Shown here in pieces: positions 14,100 through 27,650 of a stretch of 64,000 bases of DNA; within the stretch, counting starts at the first letter, position 1; each line of letters starts with the position of its first letter. Position numbers and translations under genes: made by a program. The notes under the pieces are model-generated. The model was not told where the DNA came from and did no database searches. It saw nothing but the letters and a program-made list of their open reading frames with translations. The stretch is taken from the NCBI RefSeq assembly GCF_006345805.1, contig NC_043003.1, positions 4,526,001 through 4,590,000 on the forward strand, given 5' to 3'. This DNA is from Octopus sinensis (lineage: Eukaryota).

Positions 14100-14270
14100 G
14101 GTGGCGATCTGGCAGAATCGTTAGCAGTCTGCCGTCACGTTCTGAGTTCAAATTCCGCCAATGTCGACTTTCGTTTTCATTCTTTCGGGGTCGATTACTA
14201 AGCACCAATTATGCACTTTGTCCTTGTTTGTCTCCTCTATGTTTAGCCCCCTGTGGGCAATAAATAAATA
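14100..14270 (+). mobile_element. SINE family 1 copy
   Basis: Head GGTGGCGATCTGGCAGAATCG, central TTCATTCTTTCGGGGTCGAT, tail GCCCCCTGTGGGCAATAAATAAATA. Confidence 0.85.
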
Positions 14271-15006
14271 TCTACACGGAAGCATAAATAATGATGCTTC
14301 CTGGGAAAGAGACAACAGTGAAATTGTGAAAGAGTTTGATACAATCCCTGAAAATCCACGAGTGTGGTTGGTCACGAAGTTTACATAAAAGTACGCATCG
14401 ATTCTAGTTAGTGCCATACAATTTTGAATTAAAAAAAAATTAAACCCGAAACATGTAATGTTGATATAAACAAAAAGAGAACCGAGTCTCATCGACTAAA
14501 TGGGGCGGTACTCAGAGTTCCAAGTTGAGATCTTCAAGCATCTTAAGTGTTATGAATTGTGATGTAGAGATATCTTGATGTTTTTTTTTTCGTTTTTTGT
14601 CTTTTTTTTTAATGTTGGGGACAGAAAGAAATTTGCAGTTGAGTGTTAAAGGCAATTAGTTTAGTTGTGGAATGAGTAAACATCATTTCTCATAGACTGC
14701 GTTTCTATATCGTCCCTGCATTCCAGAAAACGAAGGCATAATGCAGCAGATGGGCTGAAAATACGGGTATGAATATACATGTGAGTGTGTGTGGGGTCGA
14801 GTGGGTGGGGACGGGTGGGGGGTAAAACCCCCGACCAAGCTCCCCTCCACCCATCCACCCATGGTGTGTATGCTTGTATCTATGTATTTGGCAGTTTATA
14901 AATGTTAGCACGTATGTATACGCAGAGAAATATGTATGTGTGTATATATTATATAACGTATACATATAATGTCTATAAGTATGTATATGTATGTGTTTTA
15001 TAAAAA

Positions 15007-15037
<31 letters not shown>

Positions 15038-15061
15038 ATACATATATATATATATGTACAT

Positions 15062-15102
<41 letters not shown>

Positions 15103-15385
15103 CATAAGTATATATATATATATATATATATATATGCAGATAGAGGGATATATAGATATGTACATACAAATATACATTTTACATGTATACATATACGCAC
15201 ATACACAAACAGGTATACATACTGACAACACACATACACACCACACACACACATACACACACATATATATATATAGATATATACTACATGCATACATACA
15301 TACATACATACAACATATATATACTTATATATATGTATTATACTTATATATATGTATTTATATATATATATATAATATATATATA

Positions 15386-15416
<31 letters not shown>

Positions 15417-15913
15417 GATATGTATACATATGTAGAGCTCATACATAGCACATGCAACAACACTAGATCGTACGTACAGCCTATACTTCCACACTCTCTC
15501 TTTTCTTTTCCTCTATGTATACGGATATCTACATGTTCTGTTTTGTTAGCCCAAAAGCTGTTTACATTTAAACGAACATTATGAGAATTTTCTGTTTTTT
15601 TAATACCTATGAAGATAATTGAAATCGGTACCCAGTTACAAAACTAACGATTCTTTGTTGCTTAATTTGCTTGTATTCCGCGTTTTCTGTTACATTCGCT
15701 GCCATGTTTGACTCGAGATCCGAGCACGGCATTTAGCTGCTATTTGACAAAATTCAACAAAAATATAATTATACAAAAAATTCACGCTACATGCATGAGC
15801 ATATACATGAACGTATGTATGTATGTATGGCTGAATGTAAGCATGCATGTATGCTTGTGTATACACACATACACATATATATGTTTGTATGTGTATCTGC
15901 GTCTCTCTCTCTT

Positions 15914-15949
<36 letters not shown>

Positions 15950-16095
15950 CTACAGACGGAGAATGAACATACAACCATCATGTTCTTAATGATGAAATTA
16001 ACCTCTCTGTCTATATAACTACCCTCTTTGTAATGTTGCCAAATGAAATAAGTATAAGAATGTGCATTGTCCGTTTAATTGAAAAATTCTATATG

Positions 16096-16177
16096 TGGCT
16101 GAAGATTGCTCGACATTTTAAAACTGATGTAATACATACAGTGTTAATAAAATGATGTAGCATGAAACAATGTACTA
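16096..16177 (+). ncRNA. Hammerhead-ribozyme-like motif (type I) in a Penelope-type terminal repeat; same family as 27562-27650
   Basis: TGG-CTGAAGA-T-TGCT...AGCA-T-GAAA-C-AAT-GTA-CTA. All core nucleotides are present, but helix I is weak. Followed by GGATATCCTTGTTGCTTATTT, which also flanks the 27.5 kb copy. Confidence 0.45.
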
Positions 16178-16217
16178 ACACTATCTTTGGATATCCTTGT
16201 TGCTTATTTATATATAT

Positions 16218-16273
<56 letters not shown>

Positions 16274-16621
16274 TAGCTTTAAAGCCGCCCTATAGGACGG
16301 ATTTTAATCTAGTATATAGCTTTTAAGCATCTGGACCTCAATGGGAAGTTCTGCAAACAGATCTCTGACTTGTTTCGGAGAATTTGTTGCAATTGCTTCC
16401 CCCAAAGTCATATCCCAATCATGATCATATTCATCACAAAAAATCATGTACGAAAAAAAAAAAAAATCACCAAAAATATAGGAATCCAAAATTTCAGGAT
16501 TGCCGGTCCGGATTCGGTCCGGAATGTTTTTAATTTACTCACGGAGTCAGCCTGATGCGAAAATGGAGTAAAGTTGAAGAAGTGTGACACATTGACACAC
16601 AGAAATTAGTTTTCGCATTTA

Positions 16622-17015
16622 CTGTGGCTGTGTGGTAAGTAGCTTGCTAACCAACCATATGGTTCCGGGTTCAGTCCCACTGCGTGGCATCTTGGGCAAG
16701 TGTCTTCTGCTATAGCCCCGGGCCAACCAATGCCTTGTGAGTGGATTAGGTAGACGGAAACTGAAAGAAGACTGTCGTATATATGTATATATATATGTGT
16801 TTGTGTGTCTGTGTTTGTCCCCCTAGCATTGCTTGACAACCGATGCTGGTGTGTTTACGTCCCCGTCACTTAGCGGTTCGGCAAAAAGTGACCGATAGAA
16901 TAAGTACTGGGCTTACTAAGAATAAGTCTCGGGGTTGATTTGCTCGACTAAAGGCGGTGCTCCAGCATGGCCGCAGTCAAATGACTGAAACAAGTAAAAG
17001 AGTAAAAGAGAGTAA
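16622..17015 (+). mobile_element. SINE family 2 (CORE-like), full-length
   Basis: tRNA-like head with A/B-box-like TGGCTGTGTGG and GGTTCAGTCCC, CORE-like TTGGGCAAGTGTCTTCT, internal (TA)(TG) tract, 3' tail GGCGGTGCTCCAGCATGGCCGCAGTCAAATGACTGAAAC then (AAGAGTA)n. Confidence 0.9.
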
Positions 17016-17064
17016 AAGAGTAAATATATATATATATATATTTTTTTTTCCTTTTTTTTTCTTT

Positions 17065-17903
17065 TTTGTTTCGGCGGCTCAGAGCCGGCCATGCTGATGC
17101 ACCGCGTTTTGTGCTACACAACTGTTATTACTAAGAGCCTCCTCAATATGTGGCACTTGGTGAAGAATGGAGTTTGATATAGCTACCCCTCATTTGCACC
17201 TCTTGCCGTGAGGTAGGTTCCTCTGGGACTCTCGACAGGAAGATGTCCAGCTTTGATTTTAAAAACCCCTACATCTACTTTGTGCAAGTTCTCCAGACCC
17301 TTTGGGAGAATATTAGAAAGCTGTGGGCCCTTGAAACCCAAGCTGTTGCAGTATCTAGTCCTGAAGTGTATATATATTACTGCATACCTCTCCCTTCTTC
17401 TCTCTCTCTCCGGGAGTAGATCTTAGCTGTTTCAACAACACTTTCAAACCCTTTCCCAGTAGCTGAGCTGTTCCAAAAGAGACGATCTTCTTTGTGAATC
17501 TTCTCTGGATTGCTTCAAGTCCGCTGTTACTTTCACACTGGGTGGTGACCATAGCTGTGAGCAAGTAATCCCGGAGGCTGAAGGACGAATGTCCGCCAGA
17601 GGACCATCATGGTTTCCTTATCTCTGGTTCTGAAAGTTCTTAGGATCCACCCAGCCAGTCGTCTGCACTTTGTCGCCATCCTGGTAATGTGCACTTGGAA
17701 AGAGGTATCATCACTCATGTCGATACCCAGGTCCCTCACTGACTTAGGCTCTGGGATTGAAATTCCTTGTGGACCGGTGTACCCTGTAAATTTAATATTC
17801 ACTTTTGGATGCTGGTAGCGCAGGGCCTGGAATTTTTCGACATTAAACTGCATATTATTATCCTCAGCCCATCTGTAAATTGAGTCCAACTCCTGCTGCA
17901 GGT
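17065..17903 (-). mobile_element. CR1/Jockey-group LINE family A: RT C-terminal part and 3' UTR (interrupted)
   Basis: ORF 17533-17889 (IYRWAEDNNMQFNVEKFQ...VRDLGIDMS...WILRTFRTR) is homologous to 41888-42256. The 3' UTR is homologous to 41383-41600. Confidence 0.9.
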
Positions 17904-19045
17904 TTTTTAGTTTAGTTTAGTTTAGTTAATTTGGCTCAAAAGCAAATAGCAAGGCCATGTAGGGGGACATGGAGTTAAGTACAGGGTGGTGTTCATGTAA
18001 AGAGTTCAGGCCACTTGAGGTCAAGGGAGGCTTTGAACAAAGCGGTCGTCGGCATCTTCACCATCTCGTCTGGCAGCTTGTTCCACGGATCCGCAACCCG
18101 GACGGAGAAAGCTCCTCTCCTTCGATTGAGATGAAATCGTCGCAGGTAGAGCTTTTCGGAATGACCCCGCAGCCGACGCTCTGGAGCAGGAGTGAAGAAC
18201 AGCTCTTTCGAGAGGTTACACTTTCCGCTTATGATGTTGTGGCGAGAATGAGATCACCACGGCGGCGGCGTTTTTCCAGAGAATAAAGGTCGAGCGTCCT
18301 CAGCCTTTCTTCGTAGGACAAATTTTTGAGACCATGAACCATGCGGGTAGCCAGCTTCTGGACTCTTTCGAGATGCTGTATGTCTTTGAGGAGATAAGGA
18401 GAAGAGGCTTGAATCCCATACTCCAATATGGGTCTCACCAGCGTGACATAGAGTGGTAGGAATATGGCTGCTGTGAGCATTCCGAATGACCGTCGAATCA
18501 AGAACAGAATTCCGCGTGCTTTGTTGGCAGCATGGACGCAACTGGGCCGAAGCGAAAAGGAGGAATCCACCAAGATAACCTAGGTCCTTTACCTGATCGG
18601 TCCTCTCCAGCAGCAGACGACCCGGCTCGAATCAAGTTGAGTTGCAGGAGTAGAGCCGACAGGCAGATGACAGCACTTTGACACGTTCAGACACAGGTCC
18701 CAATCGTTAGACCACTTCCAAATTTGGTGGAGGCATCGACGAAGATCCTCTATATTGCCGATTGCCGCGAGGAGCGACCAGTTTGATATCGTCGGCAAAC
18801 AGAAGGGTGTGTTGCGTGAGGTCGTCGGGCAAGTCATTTATGAAGACTAAGAACAACAAGGGCCCAAGCACTGAACCTTGAGGCACGCCACTGCTCGCAC
18901 TGGAGACGTCGGACCGCGAACCATTAACTTGGACTTGGAAAGAGCGATCTGAGAGGAAGGCACCAACCCATCGTACAATATCCGGATGGAAACTATATGC
19001 TTGAAGCTTGACAAGTAATAGGCGGTAATAGGCTTGACAAGTAAT
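17904..19045 (-). mobile_element. 5'-truncated CR1-type LINE family B inserted inside LINE A
   Basis: RT motifs SGVPQGSVLGPLLFLVFINDL..FADDIK and LVRPILEYG...LERVQKLATR...LYSLEKRRRRGDLI; (CTAAA)n 3' tail at 17904-17927; AGGT at both junctions (17900-17903 and 19046-19049). Confidence 0.9.
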
Positions 19046-19830
19046 AGGTGTGCAACATCGTTTCTGCGAGACTTTCGTATCATCTGCATAGCTTGCCAGA
19101 GTGGCTATCCGGGCATTTGAGGGCATATCTGAGAGGGCCACTATAAAAAGCAGTGGTCCCAAGACAGTGCCCTGTGGAACACCGCTCACTATTTGTGTGT
19201 TCACAGAGTTGGCTCCATTAACCTCAACTGCCTGACTCCTATCTTTCAGGAAGTCATGTAACCACACTCCAAGTTTTCCAGCTATGCCGAGGTCAAGCAG
19301 TTTGTGGCATATCAAACCATGAACCTCCTTGTCAAAAGCTTTTGCAAAATCAAGGTATATTACGTCCACATTTGATTTGTTGAGTAACTGCCTCATCACC
19401 TAGTCATAATGTTGTAAGAGCTGGGTCAGGCAGCTCCTATCTGGTTGAAGCCATCAGCAAGTTATTTTCTTAAAGGGATGCGATTAGTTTCTTTCTGATT
19501 ATCTGTTCCATGACTTTGCTGATGTGTGAAGTCAGAGAGATAGGCCTATAGTTTTTGGCATCTGCTCTACTTCTCCCTTTATGTATTGGGCATATTATTC
19601 CCTCCTTCAGCTTGCTTGGCAGTTTGCTATTTGTAAGAAAGCTCTGGAAGAGAATCTGGAGGGGTTTTGCCAGGGCATGCTTACACACTTTGAGGAGGAT
19701 TGCTGGGAAACCATCAGGACCAGCAGTTGAGTTTGTATCCACTTCATCTATGGCTAGTAGTATATCTTCTTCGCTAATGTCAATGTATCCCATTGTAACT
19801 GCCTCGCTGGTTATAGGCGTTTGCTGTAGA
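19046..19830 (-). mobile_element. LINE family A: RT N-terminal half, 5'-truncated
   Basis: AGPDGFPAILLK...IHKG..NYRPISLTSHISKVME, YLDFAKAFDK, GVPQGTVLGPLLF, YADDTK. Confidence 0.9.
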
Positions 19831-20139
19831 ATGGGCAACGCTAATGGCCAGCTGGTAGAAGTAAACCAGCCGATGGATTAAGTCTACCCACGAGGAGCAG
19901 GTACAGTTGACTCGACAGGTTCAATTGACCTGACTGTCTACGTTTACCGAATTTCTTTCACAAGAAGTCGAGGCTATGATGCAAGTCATTAACCATAGTG
20001 AGTGGGGAGAATTGATAGGAAAATAAATCTGAACCACAAAGATAGCTCAGCGCCCTTGGGTACATTATGTCCTCTAGTAACCCCTGAAAGACAAGATGAA
20101 TTGAATTGATGCTCCTCTAGCAACAGGCACTGGCAAGAC

Positions 20140-20490
20140 TGTGGCTAAGAAGCTCGCTTTATGACTATATGATTTTGGGTTCGGTCCCACGGCACGGCAC
20201 CGTGGGTTTCTTCTACAAAAGCTTCAGGTCGATCGATGCTTTTTTAGTGAATTTGGTACATGGAAACTGTGTGGAAGCCCATCGTACATGTGTTTGCGTT
20301 CCCTGGGTACCACTTGACAACGGCTGTTGGTTTGTCCACGACCCTGTAACCTAGTGGTTCGACAAAAGTGACTGAAAGATTAAGTACCAGACTAAACAAA
20401 AAAAAAAAAGGCAACATAAATACTGGGGTCGTCTTGTTTCCCTAAATCCTTTCAAGGTAGTGCCCCAGCATGGCCGTAGTCCAGTAACTG
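20140..20490 (+). mobile_element. SINE family 2, degraded
   Basis: GTGGCTAAGAAGCTCGC...GGGTTCGGTCCCACGG...GGAAACTGTGTGGAAGCCC...GTGCCCCAGCATGGCCGTAGTC. Confidence 0.75.
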
Positions 20491-21230
20491 AAACAACTAA
20501 AAGATAAACGATAGAGTTTGGAATTAAGTTTACAATCTTCAAAACCAAGATGTTGATATTGAATTTCATTATAGCAGCATCACCACCAGCAGTCAGACGA
20601 GATACAAAACCGTGTAGGGCGCTGCGCTATCATTTGTGACCACTTGACAGAGAGCAATCAGTTAAAAGCAGGGAAAATATTTTCCCATCAACTTCAGAGT
20701 TTTATACACCCAGTGGTTGTACCAGGCTTATGTGTACATAAAATGAACACGTGTGTGCGTGTGTGTGTGTGTATAATGGGAAGGCAAGTAAACGCTATTA
20801 CCTCTATACAGAAAAAAATGTGTATTTTTATAGCAGAATAGATAAATATTATTTTTTAAAATCTTGTGTCAGTAAAAATAAATAGTTTCATTATTATATA
20901 TACAAAATTATACACCCAAGAATGTGTCTATATAAACATAGATGCAACTGTCTCAAAGTCATGTGCGTTTGAAGTGTATATAGACACAAAAAAATATACT
21001 CACAGACACACGCATATATTTACAGACATGCATATGAGTATGTATGGAGGTACATATGTGTATATGTATATACATATATATATGTATGTACATATATATG
21101 TATGTACATATGTATTTCTGTGTGTGTGTGTGAATGCATGTCTGTTTTATATATTTTTCTATTTTTATTTCACTACTCCTAACCGCTGGGTCGGGACAGC
21201 CAAATGGATATATTTTCTTATATATAATCA

Positions 21231-21272
<42 letters not shown>

Positions 21273-21421
21273 ATATATTATATAATATATATTATATATA
21301 TATATATATACACACAATATATATATATATGTGTGTGTATGTGTGTACGCACGGCCTGTGTATATATATATATTATGTATGTATGTATCTACATATATAT
21401 ATATGTGTACACACACACACA

Positions 21422-21505
<84 letters not shown>

Positions 21506-21606
21506 TATAATATATATGTGTGTGTGTATGTGTGTACGCACGGCCTGTGTATATATATATATTTATGTATGTATGTATCTACATATATATATATATGTGT
21601 ACACAT

Positions 21607-21660
<54 letters not shown>

Positions 21661-21681
21661 CTATCTATATGTATGTATTTG

Positions 21682-21734
<53 letters not shown>

Positions 21735-22012
21735 TATATATATTATATATATATATATACACATATATATAGATGAGTGTATTTTTACCTTGTTAACAAT
21801 TAACACGGAAAAATAAATAAATAGTTACCAGGGCAGCAAAAATTGACGAGTTTCGTTTTTTTCACTTTCCTGAGAAGATTGCATTGTTTATACCATTTAT
21901 TCTTTTGAATAGTATCAGTGGAATTTTCGAAACACGTGTCGAAAGTAAAAATATTTGATTACACTGCGTTAACTCCATTTTTTATTCATATATATATATA
22001 TATAATATATAT

Positions 22013-22062
<50 letters not shown>

Positions 22063-22249
22063 GATTCGTTTAGGTATAGCGAGGCCAAAGTTCTGTTGAA
22101 GCTATAGGTTATCACTCAGAGACTCAATTAAAAGTCAACCGCAGAAACAGCTGTAAGCTGTTTTTTTATCCTTTCCGGGGTCATCTATTTGTTCCCATAT
22201 ATGTATCTATATAATGGTTTTCCGCCGTTATGAGCAATGAGTATTTAGT

Positions 22250-22475
22250 CATTCATGCAAGTGACTGAATATTCCGCAGACGTGTGTACACGTAATACAA
22301 ATCTCTGGCATGACATAAACCTCATGACACAGCGTGTCAAGGCTGGTCATTTCAATTTCAGTTATAGTCCTAACTTTCTAGTTCCTTGACTTGGCTTTGG
22401 TCAAACTGAGGCTACAGTAAAAGACCGCTTTGCCACGCAGCGGGATCGAACCCTAGAAGTCGTGATTGTGACTGA
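22250..22475 (-). mobile_element. tRNA-derived SINE family 4, degraded
   Basis: GCAAGTGACTGAATATTCCGCAGACG...GTGTCAAGGCTGG matches 29868 and 30385; B-box-like GGGTTCGATCCC on the minus strand near 22445. Confidence 0.6.
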
Positions 22476-23134
22476 TATATATCCGTATGTGTGTTGTGTG
22501 TGTGTGTGTGTGTGAGAGAGAGCCAACTTTATCATCCATTGTCTCATAATATTTCTATTCCTGTTACCTCTCTCTTCACAAACCAAATATAACTCGATAT
22601 ACAGAACAGTCACTTATATTTATATTTCGCCTATATATTTTATAGATTAATTAATACTTAAAGCACAAACTTGTTAAGCCTCTCTCTTTTATAATTAGAA
22701 CAAGACTATTATAGACCAAAACGTATACCGTCTCCCAAAATAGAATGTATTTCGTGAAAACTTAACGATTCAATATCTTTTAAAACGTTTATCTATCTCC
22801 AAATTACTGTGTGTATTATTCTTTAAAATCTAAAATTTTATTTCCAACATTAACTTAATCTAGTATAAGTCCGCTAATTAAAATAATCAAATCTATTGAC
22901 TTTTCATCGATAAAATATCTCCTTCCACCTTTCTGATTGTCATCGATATTATTGATTCACTCGCCATAAAGCTCCATGGTACATTGTCACTGAATTGTCT
23001 CAAATTCTAATATTAAAACCATTATTTTACATATTTATTGCTGCAATTAAGTGATTATATTTAATTTTACATAGCATCGTATTTTATACACTTGTATATA
23101 TATTTTATTTTGCATTTGTTTATTTGCAGAACGA

Positions 23135-23223
<89 letters not shown>

Positions 23224-23370
23224 ATATATATATATATATATATTATATATATCGGTTTAAGTAATTGAGATTCAAGTGAATTCTAATGAATTCACATGAA
23301 TATGCTCCTTAACTAGGACGCACCGGAAATCTATATGGTGTTAACCATACGACAAGTGGGGTGATTACAA

Positions 23371-23439
23371 ATAGGAAAAAGCAACAAGAATGGATTAAAA
23401 TCTAGAGATTTTAATCCATTCTTGTTGCTTTTTTCCTAT
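23371..23439. repeat. Near-perfect palindrome (33-bp arms, 2-nt spacer) next to (TA)n
   Basis: ATAGGAAAAAGCAACAAGAATGGATTAAAATCT-AG-AGATTTTAATCCATTCTTGTTGCTTTTTTCCTAT; one bulged T. Confidence 0.95.
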
Positions 23440-23452
23440 ATATATATATACA

Positions 23453-23506
<54 letters not shown>

Positions 23507-23574
23507 CATATATACAAACATACATACATATTTAAAAGGAAATCGATGCTAACTTATCTGTGGAGTCAATTTCC

Positions 23575-23725
23575 TTGTTATACACGGGCTTCTTTCAGTT
23601 TCCGTCTACCAAATTCACTCATAAGGCTCTGGTCAGTCCAAGGCTCTAGTAGAAGACACTTGCCCAAGGTACCACGCAGTGGGACTGAACCCGGAACCAT
23701 GTGGTTGTTAAGCAAGCTACATACC
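23575..23725 (-). mobile_element. SINE family 2, 5' half
   Basis: GGTTCCGGGTTCAGTCCCACTGCGTGGTACCTTGGGCAAGTGTCTTCTACTAG on the minus strand. Confidence 0.85.
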
Positions 23726-23987
23726 ACACAACCACTCCTGCACCTATAAATGTTATATTGTAATGTTTTTTGTATACTTATGTCTGTATATGATAATTAT
23801 ACACTTATGAAAATTACCAATTTTATGCTTTGACAATTGAAAGGATGTGGTAAGTCCATTCTCATAAATCTAACTCAAACATACCAGAACGTTTTTACAC
23901 AGCGTTTTTGAAAATTTATAAGTCACAAATTTAAAGTGTACTTTAAGGTGTAGAACTAAATGCCGTATGTTATTGCATTATCTAATC

Positions 23988-24385
<398 letters not shown>

Positions 24386-24643
24386 GATCTACTTAAATAC
24401 CGCTCGTCATCTTCTTGGGGGGGGGCGATAATATTAAGCGATGTAGTTGTGTGATCTCTTCAAGTTCTGAGTTTCTGAGTGATTGATGCGAGTCTGGGTT
24501 AATTTCATCACCAGGGTTTGGAATGTCCATTGCAAAATCCTCTCAATGCAAACATTAAAGGATCATGAGCGATGCTTTTCCCTCAATAAATGAATTAAGG
24601 AAATAATCCACAGTTCTAATCCGCCCAAATATTATTTTCTCAC

Positions 24644-24692
24644 CGAGCTATATTAAAATCTTGAATATTCTTTGATTTCCATGCCCAAGTTT
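24644..24692 (-). CDS. Weak candidate internal exon of the minus-strand gene (TWAWKSKNIQDFNIA)
   Basis: Acceptor TCTTGTTAATCCGTTGTCAG, donor CG|GTGAGA, only one open frame (phase 1 to 2). No homology support. Confidence 0.2.
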
Positions 24693-26408
24693 CTGACAAC
24701 GGATTAACAAGATTTTACATCAGAATATTAGATTGCAATATAATACTTAAATCACTTTTTAACGATTTATTCCATTTTGTTTATAAATTCAACAAAAAAT
24801 CCAACAAATTTGAAACCGTTTAGATTCACATTGAGTGTTTAACCGTTAAGAGCTACAAGAAAATAGATTGGAAACCGGAGGGGATAATTTGAAAATTTCT
24901 TCGTTTTTTCTGATTGTATATTTAATATCTATAAAATAATAACTGATAGAAAGTTGGTTGGTTGATCGGTTGGTATCTTCAGTAACGCTTTACACCAAAA
25001 ATAGAGAACGGGGAAAGAGAGGCAGTAAAAGGAAAACTTAATATAAGAGGAGCAGGATGTTTTATAATTTTCTAAAAAAATGCATATTTTTTAAAACGAA
25101 ATTTTACAGAAATGGATTTTCGACGGAATGGATTGCGATTATTTTGACAGAATTAAAAAAAAATAACATATATTAAATACAAATACACAAATAAGAAATT
25201 TATTTTCATTTGATTTTAAGGTAATAAATATTATTTGTTTTACAATTATCATTTTCAAACTTCTCCATATAAGCACCAAGAAGTTTGATGTAAGCTAAAT
25301 TATAATTATTGTATATAAGCCATATTTTCTGATATTTCCCTAGAATGGCAATATTATACTTCGAAAGTTCCTCGTTATACGACGGATATTACGTTAGCAG
25401 TTATTACAAAACTAAAAGTGAGTGAAAATCGTAGGTCTTAAGGTGTTTATCCAAAGGTACTCGGTACTGAGCAACTGCTATGGGTCGAGGGTTTCCACTT
25501 TCTAGAAATTCTCGAAACATTTTTAAAATAACCGAACTATATAACTCCACCTTCTTTCCATTAGCGTTTCATTGATAGTTCAGCCTCAAAATGCTCCAAG
25601 AATAAACAACTATAAAGCATGATAGGCTTACATTTATAATTACCTAAAATAAACAGATATTATTCAGCCATACACAACACAAGCGCTACATGTTATAATT
25701 TAGTATTGAGTTCGCTACTCGAGTCGATATCTGATTTACCGAAAATAACCTTTATAAATACGCACATACTTACATATATATATATACATATATATATATA
25801 CATATATATATATCTGTGAGTGTGTGTGTATGTGTGTGTGATTCTATATATTTGTATAGATAATATGTGTACGTTATATACGTTTACATATATTTAATGA
25901 GAGCGTTTGTGTCGTTAGTGTATATAGAGCTATAATTGATATATAATGTGTGTTTCTATCTCACCACCATTACCAAGAGAGTTAATTACATAGTAAATAG
26001 CTCTATTGCCATTTTCTGTACTCACTCACTTGTACTAGATACACACACACAAAAATATAGGCGTTCATACATACAAACATGCATATATAGACTCGTACAT
26101 ACATATATATACACACACACTTAACAGTAGCTTCAGCGTTATCATGTATATTGTGTGTGTGTGTGTATACATATATGTAATATACATATAATCAGACATA
26201 TACATTAAAATATATACAAGAATGGTTTTATGATATATGTATGTGTGTGTGTGTGTTGTGTGCGTATATACATATATCAGTACTTATACAGCTATGGATA
26301 CATGCGTAAATGTAAATGTTTATATACATATGTACGCATGCATACACATAAGTATACGCACATCTGCGTATATGTACATATGCCTGCATGTATATATATA
26401 TATATTAC

Positions 26409-26483
<75 letters not shown>

Positions 26484-26629
26484 ATATATGTATGAATGTG
26501 TGTGTATATATATATGTGTGTGTGTGTGTATGTGTATGAGCTTTTATGTTTACAAATATTTGCGTATATTTCACCAGTAGTGATAGACAAACAAAATACA
26601 CACAACGGCACAGATATGCACACACATAT

Positions 26630-26689
<60 letters not shown>

Positions 26690-27076
26690 ATGTATATATT
26701 TAAATATATACGCACACACATATATATATACACAAATATACAAAGAGAGTGAGAGAAAAAGAGTGTTACAGATATATATATATATATCTATAAACACATA
26801 CACACATACATACAAGCACACACACACACGTGCATACATACATATGTATCGGTACACATACATACATGTGCAAGCATGCTTGCGTGATGTGTGACGTGTG
26901 TGTGTGTATGAGAGACGAATACATATTTCATATTTCGACGCGAGTATATTTGGTTAACACACTTAATAGTTCCATAATGGAGCTGAGCAGAACCTCGTGT
27001 CACATGATACCTGGTTATTTGGTGCTTTCCCATACCACTAATGTCGCAAGATTTGGCTGCAGCCGGCACCCGGGTG

Positions 27077-27370
27077 GTTCCAAACACCATGTTGCTATCA
27101 AGTGCACACACGAGATAGCTTCATTAACAATATTCTCACCCCACCTTCTACTAACTGGTTCCCATTATGGCTTACTTAATCTCTCCATCCTATCAAACTC
27201 TTCATATATACGTATTATATATATATATACATACAAATATATACGCACACATATGTATGCCTATATACACGATTATATATATGTGTGTGTATGTGTGTGT
27301 GTGTATGTATGTGTATGTATATATTTAAAAAAAGACACACACCTATATATATATGCAAATAGATATATAT
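27077..27370. repeat. Left arm of a local inverted duplication (right arm about 28660-28934)
   Basis: GTTCCAAACACCATGTTGCTATCAAGTGCA...CCATCCTATCAAACTCTTCATATATACG is the reverse complement (roughly 90%) of 28790-28934, and similarity continues through the microsatellite-rich part. Confidence 0.85.
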
Positions 27371-27385
27371 AATCATATATATATT

Positions 27386-27420
<35 letters not shown>

Positions 27421-27486
27421 TATGTGTATGTATATATCTCAGATAAGACACGCACCTATATATATGAAAATACATACATACATACA

Positions 27487-27522
<36 letters not shown>

Positions 27523-27561
27523 TATATATATCAAAATAAGCAACAAGGATATCCAGAGGTA

Positions 27562-27650
27562 ATGCAGTACGATCGTTTCATGCAACTCCATTTAATTGAA
27601 TAATGCAAACATTACATCAATTCAAAATGCAGAGCAGTCTTCAGCTGCAC
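27562..27650 (-). ncRNA. Hammerhead-ribozyme-like motif, type I, long stem II
   Basis: GTGCAG-CTGAAGA-C-TGC[~50-nt hairpin]GCA-T-GAAA-CGATCG-TA-CTGCAT. Helix I is 5 bp plus G-U; stem III is the palindrome ACGATCGT; GUA triplet. Confidence 0.65.

Noticed and set aside
16622-16700. tRNA-like sequences here and at 8620-8690, 41278, 60960-61145 and 62095
   Set aside because: They carry A/B-box-like motifs but no complete cloverleaf, and most run into SINE bodies; they are SINE heads, not tRNA genes.
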